DNA of 52,197 nt, the filler included, from Bipalium vagum (Eukaryota): NCBI GenBank assembly GCA_037834085.1. It is 3 parts of 3 records of this genome, joined end to end, with 100 filler letters (N's around TTAATTAATTAA, not from the genome) between each part and the next. Parts side by side here need not be neighbours in the genome. Positions count along the whole stretch, not along the records: positions 31,787 to 52,197 come from JBBMKC010253827.1; 2 more parts are not named here. The stretch is one strand, 5' to 3'. The first letter of the stretch is position 1. Each line of letters opens with the position of its first letter. The translations under genes were made by a program, and so were the position numbers. Below are positions 51,123-52,197 of this stretch, one piece after another. The notes below the pieces were generated by a model. It did no database searches, was not told where the DNA came from, and saw only the letters and a program-made list of their open reading frames with translations.

Positions 51123-52197
51123 TTAGGTTGATGCAAAAAATAATGCATTTTTTTGCATTATTTAACTAAAGCATTTTTTAACTTAACAATACACTTTTTA
51201 AAATCTAATTGTTATTCTTAGTAATATTCACTTGTTTAAGAGCATTAATTAAATAATAATTTAAGTAAAATTTAAATATTTCATAATTTATTTAGAAATG
51301 AAAACTACGTGTTTTAGATGTCGAAAAAGGACTTCCGTAAAATATATTTTAATGAGTTCAAGCTAGGCAGAAGCGCTGCAGAAACAGCACGAAATATTAA
51401 TGCAGTATGGGGCATAGGAAGCGTGAACTAAGCAACAGTTCAGCGTTAGTTCTTAAAGTTTGAAAACAATAATTATAGTCTAAAGGATAAAGAAGGTCGT
51501 GGTCGTCCATCAGGTATAGAAAATGATCAATTAGAGGCTGCGATCGAATCTGATTCAAGGAAAACCACAAGAGAAGTTGCAAAAGAACTTCAGGTGTATC
51601 ATTCAACAATTGTGAGACACCTCGGACAAATTGGAAAAGTGAAGAAGCTGAACAAATGGGTGCCACACGAGCTCAATGCAAACCAAAAATTACGTCGCTT
51701 TGAAGTTTCGTCTTCTCTTCTTTTCCGTAACAAGAAAGACCCATTTCTCAATAGAATCGTAACATGTGATGAGAAATGGATCTTGTACGATAATAAGCAA
51801 CGCTCTGGTCAATGGCTGAACAAATGTGAACCTCCAAAAACCTTTCCGAAACAAAAATTGCAACAGAAAAATGTAATGATAACTGTTTGTTGGTTCAATT
51901 TCCTGAATCCTGGAAAAACGATTACGTCTAACAGTTACTGTCAAGAAATCAACGATATGCACCAAAAATTACAAAATTTGAGTCCATTTTTGGTAAGCAG
52001 AAAAGGACCAATCATTCTTCAGTATAATGCAAGACCACACATCGAAATATCAACCTTGCAGAAATTTAACGAACTGGGTTACGAAATTCTGCCCCATCCT
52101 CCATATTCCCCAGACTTAGAACCAACAGACTTCCACTTTTTCAAACATCTACAAAACTTCCTTCAAGGTAAGTGCTTCAACAACCGAGCCGACGCTG
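51123..52197 (+). mobile_element. Well-preserved cecropia-subfamily (Hsmar1-like) mariner, transposase pseudogene running off the window
   Basis: TIR TA|TTAGGTTGATGCAAAAAATAATGC; ATG 51318. Single frame with AAETARNIN, GRGRP, WVPHEL, TCDEKW, HPPYSPDL. Stops at 51429 and 51447; HDNA mutated to QYNA. Confidence 0.96.

Noticed and set aside
51397-51965. Minus-strand ORFs 51397-51666 and 51690-51965 (likewise 3179-3550, 7456-7656, 17671-17865)
   Set aside because: Antisense shadows of transposase, pol or exon frames.
1-52197. Alternative genetic code, CRISPR array, rRNA or prokaryotic defence system
   Set aside because: In-frame stops in TEs fall at varied residues (Trp, Glu) consistent with decay, and the channel ORF ends normally at TAA. 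No repeat-spacer arrays, rRNA motifs or operon structure were seen.

Overview
Very AT-rich eukaryotic, almost certainly animal, genomic DNA. The host is inferred from a DEG/ENaC gene, GT-AG introns and Tc1/mariner plus Ty3/gypsy debris; a flatworm-like invertebrate is plausible but not demonstrable. Host coding content is sparse: (i) a probable acidic terminal exon at 1205-1827; (ii) a divergent DEG/ENaC ion channel whose 560-aa core is one uninterrupted ORF (13348-15030), possibly with a short upstream exon at 9996-10076; (iii) the last two exons of an unknown gene ending in a PDZ-type motif (16127-16163 + 17526-17956). The rest is a transposon graveyard. It holds three deleted Ty3/gypsy elements plus an integrase fragment of one clade, with recognisable PPTs and short LTRs. 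It also holds about a dozen mariner remnants resembling several subfamilies, Tc1- and pogo-like fragments, two MITEs, a possible tRNA-derived SINE and microsatellites. Two assembly gaps carry an artificial N44-TTAATTAATTAA-N44 linker, so adjacency across them is unproven. I found no CRISPR array, rRNA or intact tRNA, and no convincing novel multi-gene system. The best leads are the unusual channel (pairwise loss of conserved disulfides), its candidate upstream exon, and the transposon architecture.
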